64,000 nt of DNA from Lama glama (taxonomy: Eukaryota), in contig CM052816.1 of assembly GCA_028534125.1 (NCBI GenBank), positions 90,708,001 through 90,772,000 of the forward strand. The letters run 5' to 3'. The notes under the pieces were generated by a model, which saw only the letters and a program-made list of their open reading frames with translations, was not told the origin of the DNA and ran no database searches. Positions 25,113 to 38,719 of the stretch are shown piece by piece. Position numbers and translations under genes: made by a program. How positions within the stretch are numbered: the first letter of the stretch is position 1; each line of letters opens with the position of its first letter.

Positions 25113-25491
25113 TCTAGGAAAGCAGAACTTACCCCTAAGATTCTATTGGTTGCCTGAGCTAACTCCTGATTGGTCCATTTGTAGTGCTTCATTTGCATGG
25201 AGCTCACTCCTGATTGGTCCATTTCCCTCACTCTTGATTGGTCCATTTCTACAAAGCTTGTTCCTAATTAGTCACCTTTGTTATACCTTATTTGCATATG
25301 ATGTTACAAAATGTTGGAAAGTCTAGACTGGTAGCCTATAAAAGGCTGTATAAACTTACAGACAGGGTCCAGAGCTTGGAGTGTTAACTCCTCTGGGCCT
25401 GTTGGCGTAATAAACCTGAGTTCTCCAACTCTCCGAGTGCTGCTTGGTCTATCGCCTGGATCCAGGTTGCTGTCACAACTGAGCTGTAACA
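25113..25491 (+). mobile_element. ERV solo LTR with intact promoter motifs
   Basis: TSD TACT 25109-25112 and 25492-25495; ends tgtaaca; TATAAAA 25337; AATAAA 25409; four ATTGG; two ATTTGCAT. Confidence 0.8.
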
Positions 25492-26139
25492 TACTTTTCT
25501 GCAACATCCTGAGTACCAAATGCTGAGGTGGGGCATCCTCTCAGCGCAGACGTCAGAGGAGTCGGATGAGCTGTTATTCAGACGATCCCTCTTAATTCAT
25601 TCTGGGAACTGGCCCTGCTCACTCCATCCTAGCTTTCCCAGCAGTCCTCTTCCCCCAGCTCTGTCACTCCACACACTGGCTTTAGTCAAGCGCAAACACA
25701 GACAGAACTGACTCCACTTCAAGATAATGAACCATGCACAGAAGGACTCTTAGCTTAGGGCTGACAGACATCTATCTCTTTAACAAAAACAATAAAGTTA
25801 ATTTTAAGTAGCTAATGTGTCTTTCATTTTCATGGGTGAAGTTTTTTATTTGAGGCCAAAAAACATTAATTGAGCTTTAAGTGTGTGAAATTCAAGTCCA
25901 TTGATTTCCAAGAACACAAGAATTTCATCAAGAAATAGTGCACTAATTAATGATTAAATACATGTTTTCCTGTCCTGATTGCAATTGACAAATTACTATT
26001 AGATAAAAGCCCCTCTTTCAGAACCTAGAGAAAGCCCAGGCTGTTGTTAAAGTCCTGGCTCTTGCTCCATTTTAATGATCTCTGCACCCCCATATCTGCT
26101 TGGTTTTGAAGCATATTAGTCTCCCAAGGTGACTTCTCA

Positions 26140-26830
26140 GCCAGCAGCAATCAAGCCTGAATGTACATTAAAGTAACTGACAGAGCTTAAAGCATACCAA
26201 TGTAGGGGCCCATTTTCAGAAATTTAGATTTCATTAATACAGGAAGGGACGCAGAAAGAAACTAGCATTTGTGTGTTTTTTTTAATCTCCTTTATTTTTT
26301 TCAAATATAATCTTTTCTGGATTTTCATTTTTCTACCCTTCTAGGATTCTGTGTACTTCCTACCATCCCATACATCTCACTATTTTCTATTAACTCTTGT
26401 TTCTTTCCTGTTTGTTCTTTTTATTTGGGGAGAGTTTCCAAATCTAATTTTACAATTGCCTAATCCATTCTTCAACTGTATTGATTCCACAATGCGCTCT
26501 ATCATCTCTTTTCTTTACTGCAAATGTTACATATTTCCTAATATTTATTTTTCCCCACTATCTTATTACTGAAAAGCTCCAAACATCCAGAAAAGTTAGA
26601 AGAATTTTACAAGGAACAGATGTACACCCCAAACCTAGATTCTACCATTAATCCATTAATATCTTCCTACTCCTGCCTCGATCACATGCCTAGCCCTCTT
26701 CTTCCCCCACATTTCAAAGTAAATGACACGCATCTATATACTTCTCCCTCAAACATTTCAGCATCGCGTCAGTATTTTTAACAAGCTTTTTGGAGTAATT
26801 CTTAAGTACAGTCAGGTTTGAGAACCACTG
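26140..26830. mobile_element. MER5-like element split by old antisense L1 fragments
   Basis: MER5-like 5' part about 26140-26280 and 3' end tttttaacaagc...tttgagaaccactg; L1-like ccagaaaagttagaagaattttaca between them. Confidence 0.55.
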
Positions 26831-26944
26831 AGGATCTTAGCAAACTGCGTTCCATCCTTGTTCTTAGTTTCTGGCTTGCGGTACTCATAGGGTTTAAGAA
26901 ACTTCCTTCTCCACTGGTTCCTGAGAAACCCTCTTTAAAAGCAT

Positions 26945-27132
26945 TACAGATACAAACGGTTAGATATAAAGTAAGTTACAAAGACATATTGCGCAACACA
27001 GGGAATAGAGCCAGTTTTTTACAACTATAAACAGAGTATATAGCCTTTAAAAATTGTGAATCACTATATTGCACACCTGTAACTTACATAATAATACACA
27101 GCCACTATACGTCAATTTTTAAAATAAATAAA
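26945..27132 (+). mobile_element. L1 3' end
   Basis: caacacagggaatagagcc...aattgtgaatcactatattgcacacctgtaact...aaaataaataaa. Confidence 0.85.
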
Positions 27133-29999
27133 GTTTTTCTAAATTTAGAAATTAAATTGAAGAGAAGACTTTTTTTAAAGAATCAGACAACAGAGATTCA
27201 ACAACAGAAAGTACAAACTGAATGGATCAGTATGATGTGAAACTCCAGAAAAAAGCCAAAACAGAAACAAAAACAAAAACAATGTCATGCACTCTGATTA
27301 GACTGCTAGTAAGTAAAAAGGGAAGGAAATAATCACACTGATTCAGCCAGTATGTCTTTCAACTGATGGATTTTCTCCGGATATTTTCTGTGGGTAACAC
27401 GAGAAGAGTTCTTTTTGACGCACTTTGATTTGACTGACTCGCAGTGGCCTAAAAGGGGTTCGTTCTGTCCCCCAATCTCTGCAGCTGCCTTTCCGTACAG
27501 TCAGCTACACCCCCAAGACCAATCCAGCTTCCCTCTGGTCCAAACAATTGTCTAAGTCATAATGATTTAGTGAAAGTCAATAAAATAATTTGAGGAACCC
27601 CTCCCTCCAAGGTGGCTAAAGGAACAGCCCCAAGTACTTGTGAGGAGTGAACTGATCTCGAGATCTTTGCCCTAAAGCAACACAGCAATTTCAATCAGTT
27701 AACGGCATTTTAACATGTTTGCTCTTCCCATGGGTGTATCCAAACTCAGCCCTGAGTAAAATTGCCTGAAGACTTTCTGCATACCCTTTGTTAATTGATC
27801 CTAGAGGTCTGATTTTCCAATAGGCAAAAAGGACACATGTGAGAGTCAGAAACTTGTACGGTTACTGAATTCTGTCAGCTTCAGTGTTCTAAGAGGTCAC
27901 GCACCTCATCTGTGAACAATCAATGTGTATTTGGCTGAAAATTTTCACCCTAGTCTCAGATTTATGAAAAAATCACAGTATAATGAAAGAGAATGCTGCT
28001 GTGTATGACATCAAGTCACATCAAAGTAAGTCCTTTTACTTTTTTGTTTCCTTTCTTTTTCAAGAATACTATATGTTCTCAATTTTATTTGATTTTCCAA
28101 TTAAGTCACGTATTAGAATACTCAATGTTTGCTAAATACTGACATTTCTGCTCTTCCGGATATAAAAATTACTTCCTTTCAAGAAGTTCAAAAAGTGTCA
28201 CATGTAGGAACCTAATCGCTGCACATCAGACCATAAATGCCACTCCTCCTCTGGTATTCTAAGCAAACACTGAGGGGAAAAATTAAGTCTGGCTTATGAG
28301 TATATTATTATTCTCTAGCAGCCAGCTCTACAAACTTCCAAACCAGTTTTCTTCCCAGTAAGCATATAAATGGACCAAGCTCCTTTCTATGATAAAGGAA
28401 GTTGAGTGACAGTGTGATTCTTTTGTGTGACTGTGCACTGTGGGCAAGATGGTACATTGAAGATGGTGTCAGAATTGGAGGTCCTCCTCCTTCTGAGGCT
28501 GCCTTCGGCGTGGTTTGATCTTCTAAACACCAGAGTCTGGCCAGCAAGCCAGGGAGAGGAAGAATAGACTCCATGGGCCAAGCCTAGGGTCCCGAGTGAC
28601 ACCATGCCTCTTCCCCCGACCCCACCCCCACCTCCAAGGAGAAGGAGATCCGTGGTGGGGGGCTCTCTGAAAGAGGAAGATGCAAAGATAAAGAAAAGGA
28701 GGAAAACGCTTGAGGGCCTCAGCTGGTAGCAGTTATTAGTCGGGCTTCTTGTTTTAGTGAAATATGCTGGCTCTGTCAACATCACTGTTGCAATAGAAAG
28801 GATTCCATGTGTTTACACCTACAAGATGCAAACAAGAGTCTGCAGGCCTTGGGTTTCATTTTTTCCACTCTTCCGAGGTAAACATTTTACTTTAGAATGA
28901 AACTAAAATTCCTCCTTGTTAATTCAGAGCGTGCTATTAGAAGTCTTTCGCAACATGGCATATTCTAGAAGCGTGGGGCTTTACAAGATAATGATTCACA
29001 TTTGGCCAGTGCCAGCTCACGTTCAGTCTCTTAACTGATCCCATTTTACAAGTGGGGACTTAAAGTATGGAAAGAAGTTAGATGACTTGTTTCCACATCA
29101 GAATGAAAGAGAGAGGCTGTCTTCTATCTGTACCCCTCCTACATCTTCTTACATCTTCTGAGGTTTATTGAAGGGATAAAATAAGAATTTCTTATTGTCA
29201 CAGGCAGGGATCTACCCAGGGAACTCATCTAAAAATTTTAAAGGTTTCTTTCATCAAAGACAGCTCCAACCCCATCCCAACCCAATTCACACTGGTTACC
29301 TCGTGAAATCTATTTTTTTTAACTTAATGGATAGAATCATGATATTGACAGAAGAGGCTGATTAAGCATAGCTTAATTAAGCTGGTTTATCTTTATGAAA
29401 CACGGAAGAACTTCTTCTAAGGAACCACCCATTAAATTGGGAACACAGTACTTTGTTTAGTCTAATCCCAAGGGGAATTCAACAAAAACTGGATCCTGAG
29501 CTGACAGCATCCAGAGAATTTTGGAGAAGGTGGCTTTGCGCTCTACAGAGGCCACGATGGTCTGAGAAGAAAGCCTTGGTTTCCTCTTTCTGCTGATTAA
29601 GAGTCTAGTACCTCAGCGCTCAGCTCCAGACACGGAAGGGAGATCTTATCGGGGCCCTTGGAAAAGCGCCATTGTTACCACAATGCTTCTCATTTCCTTA
29701 AGGCCAGAAACAAAAAGAAACAATATTTAAAGTTCACTCTGGCTTTGTCAGCTGTTAGAATCCTAAAGTTAGTTCCTTACAAAGATTTTTCTGAACTTCC
29801 GGAAATATTTCTAAAGATTGAAGGCTGGAACTCTACAACAAGTCTGGAATCCCCCAGTAAGGTCCAGCCTCTCACCTAACTAGTACCTTTGGTTGTACTT
29901 GCATTCACAAGTTCGCAGTTAACGTAGTCTGTCTATACCATTTATTACTCCCTGATGATAAAATAAGATATTAAACAGGTTCCACTAGGTTATGCAAAG

Positions 30000-30480
30000 C
30001 TTTCTTTAATTTGAAGTATCTATGTGTACATTATGGATTTCCTGTTTTATTGAATTATGATCAAAGAATATTGCCACCAAAACGTCCACCTTTTGAAATG
30101 TACTAGTGGTTTTCTTTGCAGCCAGTTACACAGTTGAGTTCTGTAAATGTCCGTGATCATAAAAGAACATACATCTTCTAGAGGATATAAAGTCCTATAT
30201 ACATCTCTACTATGTTGAGGGTGTATGTGACATATTTCAAACTCTATTTTTCCTTATTTTTACCTGCTTGATATATTAAACTCTGCAAAAGATATATTAA
30301 AAATCTCTCAGAACAATTTTTTTATTTTTAAGTTTTCTTTATATGATTTTTTGCTTTATATTCAGCTTTTATGTTGCTTTGGCATAAAGGCTCGTAACTG
30401 TAATAAATTCTTGTGGCTTGTATATTTTTTTTCACTAAATAATATTTCTCTTTGCCCCATTTAATAGGTACAGATGTATG
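30000..30480 (-). mobile_element. Old L1M-like fragment
   Basis: T-rich degenerate sequence such as ggatataaagtcctatat and ttttacctgcttgat; weak match from memory. Confidence 0.45.
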
Positions 30481-32669
30481 TTTTCACTGAAGCCCTATAG
30501 TTTCATATCTCATTTTAAAACATTTGGTTAAATGACATCAGAGTTAAAAAAGAACTCTATTTTCCAATTATAATGAACAAAGACTGGAAAAAATATGGGA
30601 AAATTGAGAGTTGTTACATAAGAAAGTAGATTATGAGCTAATTACTCTTTAAATCCACTTCTATTTTTTCTAATTATAATTGTGTGATCAACTAAAATAA
30701 TTTTCAAATTGACTGAGTAATTTTTCTGGCTTCTAGTCAATGCGGATAGAAACAAGGTAAAAACAATGGTCCTGGAAGAGAAAGCTCACCCAATGGCACC
30801 TCCCCCTTCCCTGCCATCATCGGTTCCTCAACAAACAGTATAATCTTGAAAATGAAGTAGGTGTGTCTGGCTACTGGGCAATAATTAACTTTGTTCAGAA
30901 TGACCCATATCTAGTCATCTGAATTGTTTTTCAGAAGGTGTGGGATCATCAAAATTCTAAATGAGTTACAGGAAGAAGCAACATACGTAATTCTTTGGCT
31001 TCTTCTCAGTGACCTCCTTCCTGTCTGACGGACACCATGACTGAGGTTTAAAAGAATTGCAACTAACACACTTTTTGGTAAATGTTAGAAGTAGGAAGTT
31101 GAGAAAGACTTTACAGACTAGCTGCTGCGAGGCATTCTTTCAGGTGGTCCTGATCAATCAACACTGCTTTACCTTCTGACTTGACTTTCTAAGAAATTAA
31201 ATAATCTCTGCTCCCAAACAACAGAAGACTTCTGTCAGAACATAGCCGTGTCCCTCCCATCCTTTAGGCAAAGAACCTGGTTGGGTTAGTGTAATGGTTC
31301 CAATACTGCCCTTGAAAAGGCAATAAATGCTTTTCTACTCATTGTATACACAGGCGGGGGCACTCAAAGCAGTTCTATCAGTGAATGGCCCTTCATCATT
31401 TTTGGTGACAGCTGGAAGGAAGTACTTAGAGACTTCTCTCAGAGGGTGCAGTGAGATGTAGAAAGAATTGCAGCTTTTAGCAGGAATCCCCAGCATGCCA
31501 AGTTCACACATGGCTGAAAGATGTTTAATCTCTAATCATGCAAATAGGAACAGGATGGTCAGCGGGTCTGCAGAGGGTACCCGTTCTGTTACTTCAGACT
31601 CAGCTCTCTACGTTTCTCCAAACAGTAGAGGTAGCTTTTTATTTTTTTCTAGCTGCATACCAAATTGGAATATTCTAGACAGAGATCACCTAGGGAGGCA
31701 AAACACAGAAAAGGAAGACGAGAATGCTCAAGCAACGATAATATAATTTGTGGATCTGTTCTCTTACATAAACCTAGAGCAAGGAAAGGACTGCTTTGAG
31801 CCCTCAGTACGCAAGAGGTTTTATTTGATTATATGAAACTTCTATTTTCAGAGGCAAGTTTTTCCTTTGATTAAGAAAAGTTTACCAATTCCTTTCCATC
31901 CATTTCTCTCTCTATCTGATGCTCGACCTGCTTTCAAAAGTACAAAAAGGTGGAAAGAAATTGTGGGTGCTTGCCAATTCCGGAGAAGGAAGTAAATCTC
32001 AGCAAAGTGAAGAATACATTCCACGATGGATGTTGTGGCGAGGAATCAGCTTCTGGTCAAGCAGACATGCCTCAGAACCGGGGGAGGTGGTAAAGTGTCT
32101 GTGATATGTGTGTGTTTTCCATTTAAATTAAGCTGTGCCTTCCTGGGTCAAGCCAGGATCCAAAGTGTTCGGAGAAATTAGAACTTCACGTGATATTTTG
32201 AGTCCAAACAGAAACAGGAAATTCCATTGACCTCTGAAGAGAAGAGCATAAGTTCCTTTGAGAAGTTCTCACTTAGTTTTCCATATTGAATGAGTTCTGG
32301 GTGGTTCAAATGACATCCTGAAACACATGTGAACAATCTCAACACATCCTCAATGTTGAGTAAGTTCAATCAGCCTGAGAGTATTTTAAGACTTGGCATA
32401 TCTTGCACTGCAGACGGGCAAAGTTAAATTCTAAAATCAAAGAAGAGATGAAAGTGATTATTCATATTATTTATGAGATCCTGCCCACCGGAAAAATTCA
32501 GCCATTGAAATCATTTTATTAAGCATAATATTTTGAAGTTTCTTATTAAATTAAATACCCACGTAAGTCACACGAGGTGGGACATGTTACCACCCAGAAC
32601 TGTAAATGGTCTGACCAGATTAATTACCTATCACAGAACAGAATGGAAATGAAGAGAAGAGAGAAGAGA

Positions 32670-32910
32670 ACTGACATTATTTCACTCTTTCTGAGTGCCT
32701 GCCTTCAGCTAAGTTCAGCTAAGTTCTAAGTTCTTCATATAATGTCATTCATTGACTTCTCGTAACATTTTGATAAAATAAATATTATTATTTTTTAATG
32801 TTTACATTTAAGTGAAATGAGACTTAGAGATACTAAGGAAGCTGCCCATGATGGCGTTACATCTAAGAAGAATCTGGTTTGAATTCAGATCAGTCTGCCT
32901 CCAAACCCTG
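32670..32910 (-). mobile_element. MIR SINE
   Basis: attattatt...gaaatgagacttagagatactaagg...tttgaattcagatcagtctgcctccaaa. Confidence 0.7.
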
Positions 32911-32967
32911 CCAGGCTAGTATTTATTTGATGTTTGACGGAGGAGATGAACATGGAAGAAACAGAGT

Positions 32968-33275
32968 AACACTGCCCAATAGAAACGGACATGCAGCACT
33001 TATGGTATTGTAAATTTTCTTGTAGCCACATTGAAAAAGCAAAAAAAAAATGTAGGTGAAATCGATTTTATTTACCCCAATGCCTTCAACGTATTAGTAT
33101 GTCAACCTATAACCAGTATAAAAAATTACTAATGAGATAATTTACATTTTTCATACCAAGACTTTAAATCCAGTATATAGTGTACATTTGTAAGTCATCT
33201 TAATTCAGACTAACCACACTTCAAGTGCACAGCAGTCTCATGAGGCTAGTGGCTACCATATTGAGCATTGCCATC
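32968..33275. mobile_element. MER33-like hAT-Charlie MITE
   Basis: ctgcccaatagaaa...aaattttcttgtagccacatt...ggtgaaat...ggctagtggctaccatattg. Confidence 0.8.
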
Positions 33276-33374
33276 CTAAAGCAGTGATTCCTTGCAGATT
33301 TATACCATTCACAAATTTAATCATTATAAATCTTATCTTCACCTAAATTGCTTATTAAAATGTTATCCAAGACA

Positions 33375-33955
33375 AGTTCCTCAAAGGTTAAACTTAGAGT
33401 TACCATATGACCCAGGAATCTCACTCAAACATATGCCCAAGAGAAAAGAAGTAAAACAAAAATATTTCAGAGAGAAATGAAAACATACTTCTACATAAAA
33501 GCTTGTACGCAAATGTTCATATCAGCATTATTCAAAATAGTAATTAAGTGGGAAAAATGTCCGTCAACTGATGAATGGGTAAGCAAAACATCTATATTCA
33601 TAGAAGAGAATATTATTCAGCAATAAAAAGGTAATAATATGTGCTACAACATAAATAAACCTTAAAAATATCATAAGTGAAAGAAGCCAGTCATAAAAGA
33701 GCACATATTGTATGACTCCTTTTATGTGAAATAACCAGAATATGCAAATTTATAGAGACTGAAAGTTGGTTAGTGGTTGCCCAGGCTGGGGAGGTTGGGA
33801 GGGTATGCTAATGGATAAAGGTTTTTTTTTTTTTTTTGCAATGATGAAAATATCCTAAGACTGATGGTGGTGATGTTCGCAATTACAAAAAAAAAATTGA
33901 CTTGTACAATTTAAATAGGTATACTGTGTGGTATATAAATAATATCTCAGTGAAG
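33375..33955 (+). mobile_element. L1MB/MC-like 3' fragment
   Basis: agagttaccatatgacccagg, aatgttcatatcagcattattca, gtgaaagaagccagtca, gtggttgcccaggctggg. Confidence 0.9.
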
Positions 33956-34456
33956 TCGTCATGTAAAGCAAATAAATCGATCTGAACTCTCAAAAAAAAT
34001 GAGCAAGGCAAAGGCTTAAATGGAAGTTTTCTAACTAGATATTTATCTATTAATCAATAATCATTAGCTATGATGTTTCTAAAACTTCTGGTCCTCCTGC
34101 CTGTACCACCTCAATCTTATGCTCCTGGTCTTGGCCTTGAAGGAGAGAATTCATTCAACAAACCTCTAGGAAGTACCAGCTGGAGCCAAGCACTCTTTGT
34201 TAGATGATCAGGATAAGATCCCTGCCCACCAGAGCTTGTAGTTCAGAGAAGCTGACATGGAAACAAGTAAACATAAGCCTCAATGAACAGCCCTGTGACA
34301 GGGAATCTATACAGAGCCTCACAGGACACTCAGGAAAATAAGGTAAATGGAGCATTTCCTGAACATCCAAGTGCAGTGACTCTCCCAAAGGATTTGATTA
34401 AACTAATTTGTTGTAGCTTATTTTTAGCGACATGACACTAAGTCACGGGCACTTCA

Positions 34457-34622
34457 TTTTATTTCTTCTTTTTTAAAAAAATTTTTAATTAATTAATTAA
34501 TCATTTTTGTGGGAGGGGGAGATAATTAGGTTTACTTTTTTTTTCCATCAGGGTGTTGGGGATTGAACCCAGGACCTCATGCATGCTAGGCATGAACTCT
34601 ACCACTAGGCTATATCCTCACC
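34457..34622 (-). mobile_element. tRNA-derived camelid-type SINE (vic-1-like)
   Basis: gggagataattaggtttac...ggggattgaacccaggacctcatgcatgctaggcatgaactctaccactaggctata; AT-rich tail. Confidence 0.85.
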
Positions 34623-34849
34623 ACTCATTGTCTTTCCAAGCACTCTTAAGAACAAGTCACGTCTAATTTTCTTCTTGTGAATTTTACCAAGACTCCTCAT
34701 CACGCTCATTGTTTTAGTATATTCCAGATTCCACCTCTTCCCACTTTTTAAAAATAGGGGAAATGTTTGGCAGCTCTGCTCTTGAGAATTTTTCTCACTG
34801 CCTGATGATTTCTCAAAGGAGTTTGGTAAACAAAGAGCTATCAAAATCC

Positions 34850-35385
34850 AACTTGACACATGTGCACCAGGAAACAAGTTCACAGATGTTTTTAGCAGTG
34901 TTTTTCATAAAGAAAACAAGTATCCATCAACAGTAGAATGATTTAAAGTCATGGGTTTTCCAGACCATGGAATATTGCACAGCAGCAAAAATGAATAGAT
35001 CAGTTTTCATGCATCAATGTGGCTGAACTTACAAAAAAAAAAAAAAAGATCGAGCCAAAGAAGCAAATTGTGGAGGATTATTTCATATAAAGTTCAAAAG
35101 CAGGGGAAACTAAATACATTATTTCCTGATACACTCATGTTGTGGTTATACACAAACACACAATAAAAAGTAAGGGTGCGATTAACACAAAATTCAGGAC
35201 AGTGGTTATTGGGGAGGGGGGTGAGGGTGGGAACGGATATGCAATCTAACTGAATCACACAGGGAGCTTTGGGGCACCGATGATGTTCTATTTATTGGGT
35301 AGATAGTGGTTTAAAAGCTGTTCATCGACTGTTGTTTAAACTATCCATATACAATTTCATACTGCTTGTATATTTTATAGTGTTA
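34850..35385 (+). mobile_element. L1ME-like 3' fragment
   Basis: cacatgtgcaccagg, tccatcaacagtagaatg, aagttcaaaagcagg, aaaattcaggacagtggtta. Confidence 0.75.
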
Positions 35386-37074
35386 CAATGATTATGAAAA
35401 CGAATAAGCAAACTATAACAGAACACCCACAATTCTGTGCCATCATACCAAAAAAGAAATAACTAACAGTTATTTATCACGTTCTGGCTGGTGAAGCAGG
35501 TTTCTACAGGCATCTCCATTTTAGGCACATTATTCTGGTTTATTAGTCTGTAAGAGATGGTGCATTAACTGGATGCTGAAATTCAATGCTACTTAAAATA
35601 TATAGATTTCTTGGCCCTCAAGGATGAGCTTTAGAGTCCGGCAAGACATTTGTAATAAAGGATTCCTGGAACCTCAGAAGGGCTGCCAGGGCGCAGGCGT
35701 GGTCCTCCTGCCTCATCCCTCAACTGGCTTATGGCGCAGTCAGACCACCCCCCGGTGAAAGCCAGGTCGGGGAAGCAAGCAGAAGACGTGCACCGAGGCC
35801 CGATACCTTCATTTATTAAGTCTGAGTCCTCGGACGTCAAAAACTCCCAAAGATGGGGAGTAAGGAGCCATAGTAGTCTCCTGGGCAAACAATAATAGAA
35901 GAAGAACCAATCTGCCCACTCACGCTCATAGATCACGCCTGTAGACACCCGCCTGGATGGAGGCCCGGAAGAGACTTTGGCTCAGGACTTGGCGTTTGCA
36001 TTTAGTGAGCTGGTTTATCTGAAGTGCGCTAAGGGCTATGAGATTGGGAGGAATGGAACACAGACGTTAACTCAAAGACTCTTCTTCCTCTTCCTCCGAC
36101 AAACCAGCCAGATTCTAAGTGCCGTGTGCAGTCAGTTCTAAATCCAGCAGTAACCACATCATTTATGTCATCAGCAATATTCATATGTCTACTCTGCAAG
36201 AAGTAAGATTTTTTACCCATCAGATCTCCATATAAAGAGGAAGAACAATAAAAGCTTTTAAACTATGCCACAGCCCCCAAAAGGACATATTAGAAAAGAT
36301 AGGTGAAGAAGGTATTTCAAGGGCTCTAAATTTTTTTAAATAAAATTAAGGTACCTTTTCTAGAAGCAAGTTTGCACAGGTATACAGGTCAGCGATCTCC
36401 AAAGATCAGTCGTCCTGGGATGACTGTCCCAGAACGAACTTGCAGCTCAGTGGGCTTGCCGGCCACAGGGCTCTGCCCTTGCCGCTGAGCCTGCCTGGAT
36501 TTGCTCAGACATCCCTCCATTCCTGCTGGAACCTGGGACTGGCCCCAAGGACAGGATGGCATGAACAAAGGGGACGTGGAAACGTCCGTGCCTGCAACCC
36601 TGTACCTTTCTCCTCTACATTCCCAGCAGCCGTCCAGAGCACCCGCAGTTCCGTCTCTTTTCTCCTGCAAAGGCGAGCTGTGGATTATCACTGCCGGAGA
36701 ACTCACCCCCTCAGTCCCCCTTCTCGCTCTATGGTGCTTCCCGCATCTGGTACAATATACCCCAAATAATTTGAATTTCTCCTCTTGTCCTCAAAGTATT
36801 TGTTCTCAACAAAAAGGCATCAGGGTAGAGATAGGATATGACACCCATGCTTATTAATCAGGGTCATTTGAGGGACATATTCAATTTAATTATCCGCTCC
36901 AGATTGTGATGGGTGTGGCCTATCCCACAGGTTAGTGTTTGGGATCAGGAAAAATACTAGAATTTTTTTAATGTACTTTTTACCTCTATTCTTGGTATAG
37001 CTAAATGGTCATGATTTGCACCTGCATTTGACTTGGCTTTGTCCTGTCCCATAAGCGGGTCATTCATAGGTTTG

Positions 37075-37240
37075 TCTGTACATTAAAATTATGCAGATTT
37101 TCAAAAATAGATTAAAAAAAATAATAAAGACCATTGCCCCGGCCTCATCTGATTGAATTGGTCTGGGGTAGGATCTCAGGTTCTGTGACTTTTTTTTTAA
37201 ACTCTCCAGGTGTTTTCAAAAGCATGGCCAGGGTTAAAAA
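37075..37240. mobile_element. MER5-like fragment
   Basis: ctgattgaattggtctggggtagg...tttttaaactctccaggtg...gccagggtt. Confidence 0.6.
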
Positions 37241-37589
37241 TGCATCATTTAGAGGCCAAGTGAAGACATGGAAAGAGTAAATGGAACCATTAACCATAGA
37301 TTTTTATGTAAGATGTTTCTCTATTTATGTTTATATTCGGGGAGAAGAAGGGGGTGGAGGTGCGCCTTACTGATTATCAGAATGACTGCTGTGGTAAAGA
37401 ACATGGAACCTGGACTTGTGGGAAGACCTCGGCTGACGTTTGTTCCCATCAGTCACTTCGCAGCTGTGTCACCTTGGACTAAGAATGAAAATGCAGGGTA
37501 ACAGGTGAATGGAGTTAAGACTAAGAAGTGTCACTGACCAGAGTTAGGAGATCCCTTCCCTCCTCTACCATGGTGGAGAGTGCAGAATA

Positions 37590-37800
37590 ATGATAAAGCT
37601 TTGGAGTCAGTTGGAACCGGATCCTGGTCCAGTTCTGGTTTTTATCCACCATGACCTTGGGTACGTACACTACCTACTCTCAACTGTAAAACTGGAGACT
37701 AAATGGTAACTATCTTCTAGGGTTCTTGTGAGAATAAAATCAGACAATGCATGAAAAGAGATAAGACAGCCCCAGACACATAGTAAATGCTCAATTAATA
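37590..37800 (+). mobile_element. MIR SINE
   Basis: gctttggagtcag...tgaccttggg...gttcttgtgagaataaaat...cacatagtaaatgctcaat. Confidence 0.8.
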
Positions 37801-38051
37801 GCACCTTATTTATCCAGTGGAATTTCTGCCCTCCTATCCCAACCTGTTCCTCATTCCAGAATCCAGGATCGTGAATGAGAGAGAGTTAAAATGAAGAGTT
37901 AACTGACAAGTAGAACAAGTGTTCTTTGGTGGGTAGCAAATGGAACTCTAGTTATTTATTCACTGACAATATTTAACCAACATTTATTCAGCATCAGGTA
38001 CCATGTTAGATTTATTCCAAGGGTACCACTGTGATGCTAATGTCATCAGAG

Positions 38052-38390
38052 TGTCTTAGTCCATTCGGGCTGCTATAACAAAATTACCATAGACTGGTGG
38101 CTTAACCAACAAGTACTTATTTCTCATAGTTCTGGAGGCTGGAAAGTTCAAGGTCAAGGTGCCTGCTAATTCAGTGTCTGATGAGAGCCCACTGCCTGGT
38201 TCACAGATGTCATCTCTCCGTGTTCTCACAGGGTGTAAGAGGGTGAGGGAGCCCCCTGGGGTCTCTTTTTTAAGGGCACTATCTCATTCAAGGGGTCTCT
38301 ACCCTCATGACCTACTTCCTAGTACCATCACATTGGGGGTTAGGATTTCAACATATGAATTTGCGGGCTACGCAGTCAGTCCACAGCACA
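38052..38390 (-). mobile_element. MLT1A-like solo LTR
   Basis: tgtcttagtccattcgggctgctataacaaaa...ttctggaggctgg...gggggttaggatttcaacatatgaattt. Confidence 0.9.
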
Positions 38391-38719
38391 TAGTCACGTC
38401 ACAGATAATTAAGTGAGGTTGGTTATGGGGCCACAGATGTTGACGTTGAAATCTGGACCCAGATCTTCTAATTCCAGAGCTGTACTCTCTTCCTTGGTCA
38501 GCACATCTGGTCTCATGGTTTCAGATATCAGTATGCTGATATGTTCCAAACATCTGATTTCTCTGAGCTTTCAACTCATAGATCCAGCTGTATTTTTGAT
38601 ACTTCCAGTGGGATAACTAGTAATTGTCTCACATTTAATGTATACAAAACTGAGCTCCTGATAACTACCCCCCCATCCAACCAATTGCTCTCAGAATCTT
38701 CATCAGTCTTAGTAAATGG

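Noticed and set aside
25145..25250. Repeated ctcctgattggtccattt units as a CRISPR-like array
   Set aside because: Eukaryotic LTR U3 internal repeats with irregular spacing and no cas genes
29370..29383. 14-bp palindrome agcttaattaagct (a similar one at 42299-42312)
   Set aside because: Several of this length are expected by chance in AT-rich DNA
32270..32325. Minus-strand segment reading GCHLNHPELIQYGKL as a sushi-like exon
   Set aside because: Too short, lacks the remaining conserved Cys/Trp residues and has no supporting neighbouring exons
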